From Babesia bigemina (taxonomy: Eukaryota): 64,000 bases of DNA. Positions 62,512 to 64,000 of this stretch are shown here, in pieces (position 1 is the first letter of the stretch; the number at the start of each line of letters is the position of its first letter). Where the stretch lies: assembly GCF_000981445.1 (NCBI RefSeq), contig NC_027218.1:1364001-1428000 (forward strand). The letters are read 5' to 3'. The notes below the pieces were generated by a model that did not search any database, was not told where the DNA came from, and saw nothing but the letters and a program-made list of their open reading frames with translations. Both the position numbers and the translations under genes were made by a program.

Positions 62512-64000
62512 CTACGTGTTGTGTGCGTGGACGTCGAAGGGGTGCCGCAGTATGAGGTTGCGAGCACGCCTGTTGGTGGCGCCGTCCGTGCCCATGTCGG
62601 CGCCCGTCGCGTAGAGCTCCTGCGTTACCGCCTGGTAGGCGAGCGTGAAGGCCGCGGGGAACGACGCGCCAGTCTCGCGGATGAAGTGCGTCACCATCAC
62701 GTCCGTGCACAGCAGCATGTCCTGGCTGCACTCTTCGGCGAACCGCTCCCTGAACAGGTCTACTATCATCGCCCTCCCGGCGGTGGTGGCGGCATTGCCC
62801 CGGCAGTTTGACAAATTGGACGCAATGTAAGAAAAAGAGACCACGTGTTTGTCTTTCCTGCGAGTCTCGTGTACGACGAATTCTACATTCAGCATGGTCA
62901 GAAGCCCGCTAATCAGCTCCAAGGCGTCCCTGCAACCGACCACGGTGATTAGGAGCGGGCCCTCCACCGTCCTGAAAATGCGGTGGACGGGGTCCAGGAT
63001 TGAAATGGCGCTGCCATTTTCCTGAATGGCGATTATATGGTACAAGGATTCGGAAAACTCTTCTCCTTTGTCACAGGCGGCAATCGCCTGGTAGAGGTCT
63101 GAGGAGACGTGGAGTATCACCCGCGCTGTGTGATATTCGACGAACTTGATTCTAAAGGCGTTTTCCGAAGTCGGGCCGCTCAGATGGCCATGGTCTTCAC
63201 TACGCGCGCTAGCGAGTTCCGCGCCCTCCAGGTATACGTCGTGTTTCGCGAGTATGGAGAATGCGGGGATTACGTATTCCATGAGCCCGGGGAACACTTT
63301 GCTGTGTATGGACGCAACCAGAGTATCGCGTAGCGTGTCCTCAATACGTTGATGCGGAGTATAGAACTCTTTGTTGTCTGCAGTTACCTCGTGTTTACTT
63401 GAGACCCCTGGTGCATTCTTTGTGCTAACAGAAGTTGGTTTCTGCCGGGGTGAACATTTCGACTGTACACTGCCGCCCGTTTCGGCGGCTTTTGCAATAC
63501 CTGATACAACATTTGCGGTTGGGTTGGCGATTTGTTGCGGGTCAGCTTCATCCTCACGTTTCTCTGGTGAAGCTTCATCACCTTTGTCGACGTGAAGCAC
63601 ATCTTCGATATGGGAGCATTCGAAATTGAGCGAGTACTCCAGGTACCTTAGCGTATCCATTTCTGGATCGGAGCATATGCACACGCAGATTCCGGGCTTG
63701 CCGAAACGTCCGGTCCTGCCAGACCTGTGCAGGAATGCCTCCTTGGACGACGGCAGGTCCATGTTTATGATGAGGTCGACGTCATCTATGTGTATTCCGC
63801 GGCTCATCAAATCGGCAGCGATGACTACATTCCGATCGTTCTTCTCGGCATTTTCGACCACCTGCTGCCGTGTGTCAGTGGATTGCCTGGAACTGCTGAC
63901 GGTGCAGGACAGCCCCAACCTTTCCAAAGTGTTTGCCGTTAGCATCCGCGTGTGGCTTTCGTTGCTGAAGATTATGCACTTACGGTACTGCGCCTGTTTT
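62512..64000 (-). CDS. DEAD-box RNA helicase, C-terminal half (DDX20/Gemin3-like tentative; runs off window)
   Basis: CIIFSN (motif IV), AADLMSRGI (motif V), FLHRSGRTGRFG (motif VI), long C-terminal extension. The 3' end could be altered by splicing. Confidence 0.8.
   Translation of the reverse strand, partial: KQAQYRKCIIFSNESHTRMLTANTLERLGLSCTVSSSRQSTDTRQQVVENAEKNDRNVVIAADLMSRGIHIDDVDLIINMDLPSSKEAFLHRSGRTGRFGKPGICVCICSDPEMDTLRYLEYSLNFECSHIEDVLHVDKGDEASPEKREDEADPQQIANPTANVVSGIAKAAETGGSVQSKCSPRQKPTSVSTKNAPGVSSKHEVTADNKEFYTPHQRIEDTLRDTLVASIHSKVFPGLMEYVIPAFSILAKHDVYLEGAELASARSEDHGHLSGPTSENAFRIKFVEYHTARVILHVSSDLYQAIAACDKGEEFSESLYHIIAIQENGSAISILDPVHRIFRTVEGPLLITVVGCRDALELISGLLTMLNVEFVVHETRRKDKHVVSFSYIASNLSNCRGNAATTAGRAMIVDLFRERFAEECSQDMLLCTDVMVTHFIRETGASFPAAFTLAYQAVTQELYATGADMGTDGATNRRARNLILRHPFDVHAHNT

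Overview
Intron-containing, gene-dense eukaryotic DNA from a piroplasm (Babesia, most like B. bigemina/B. ovata by its VESA/ves-type genes and ~35-nt introns). A GC-rich housekeeping block (~9.1-40.1 kb) encodes an F-box-like protein, RimM, Rad9, an RlmL-like protein, an S1-like protein, ValRS, eIF3c, aminopeptidase P, mL49, RPS21, a GLFG nucleoporin, uL3m and EngB. It lies between two outward-facing variant-antigen (ves) cassettes. A second housekeeping block (V-ATPase a, YEATS protein, DEAD-box helicase) starts at 55.7 kb. Main finding: a decayed non-LTR retrotransposon with a restriction-like endonuclease domain (54716-55501, minus strand). Its ~220-bp 3' end also caps the conserved ~1-kb upstream region of both full-length ves genes, so the 15-kb accessory island at 40.4-55.5 kb has same-orientation retroelement sequence at both borders. 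Each ves 3' flank is followed by a conserved promoter-like block and a small Cys-rich, single-TM gene (4 copies). One copy is missing from the ORF track and has a 5' leader built from tandem exon+intron units. All calls come from reading the sequence by eye; no searches were run.
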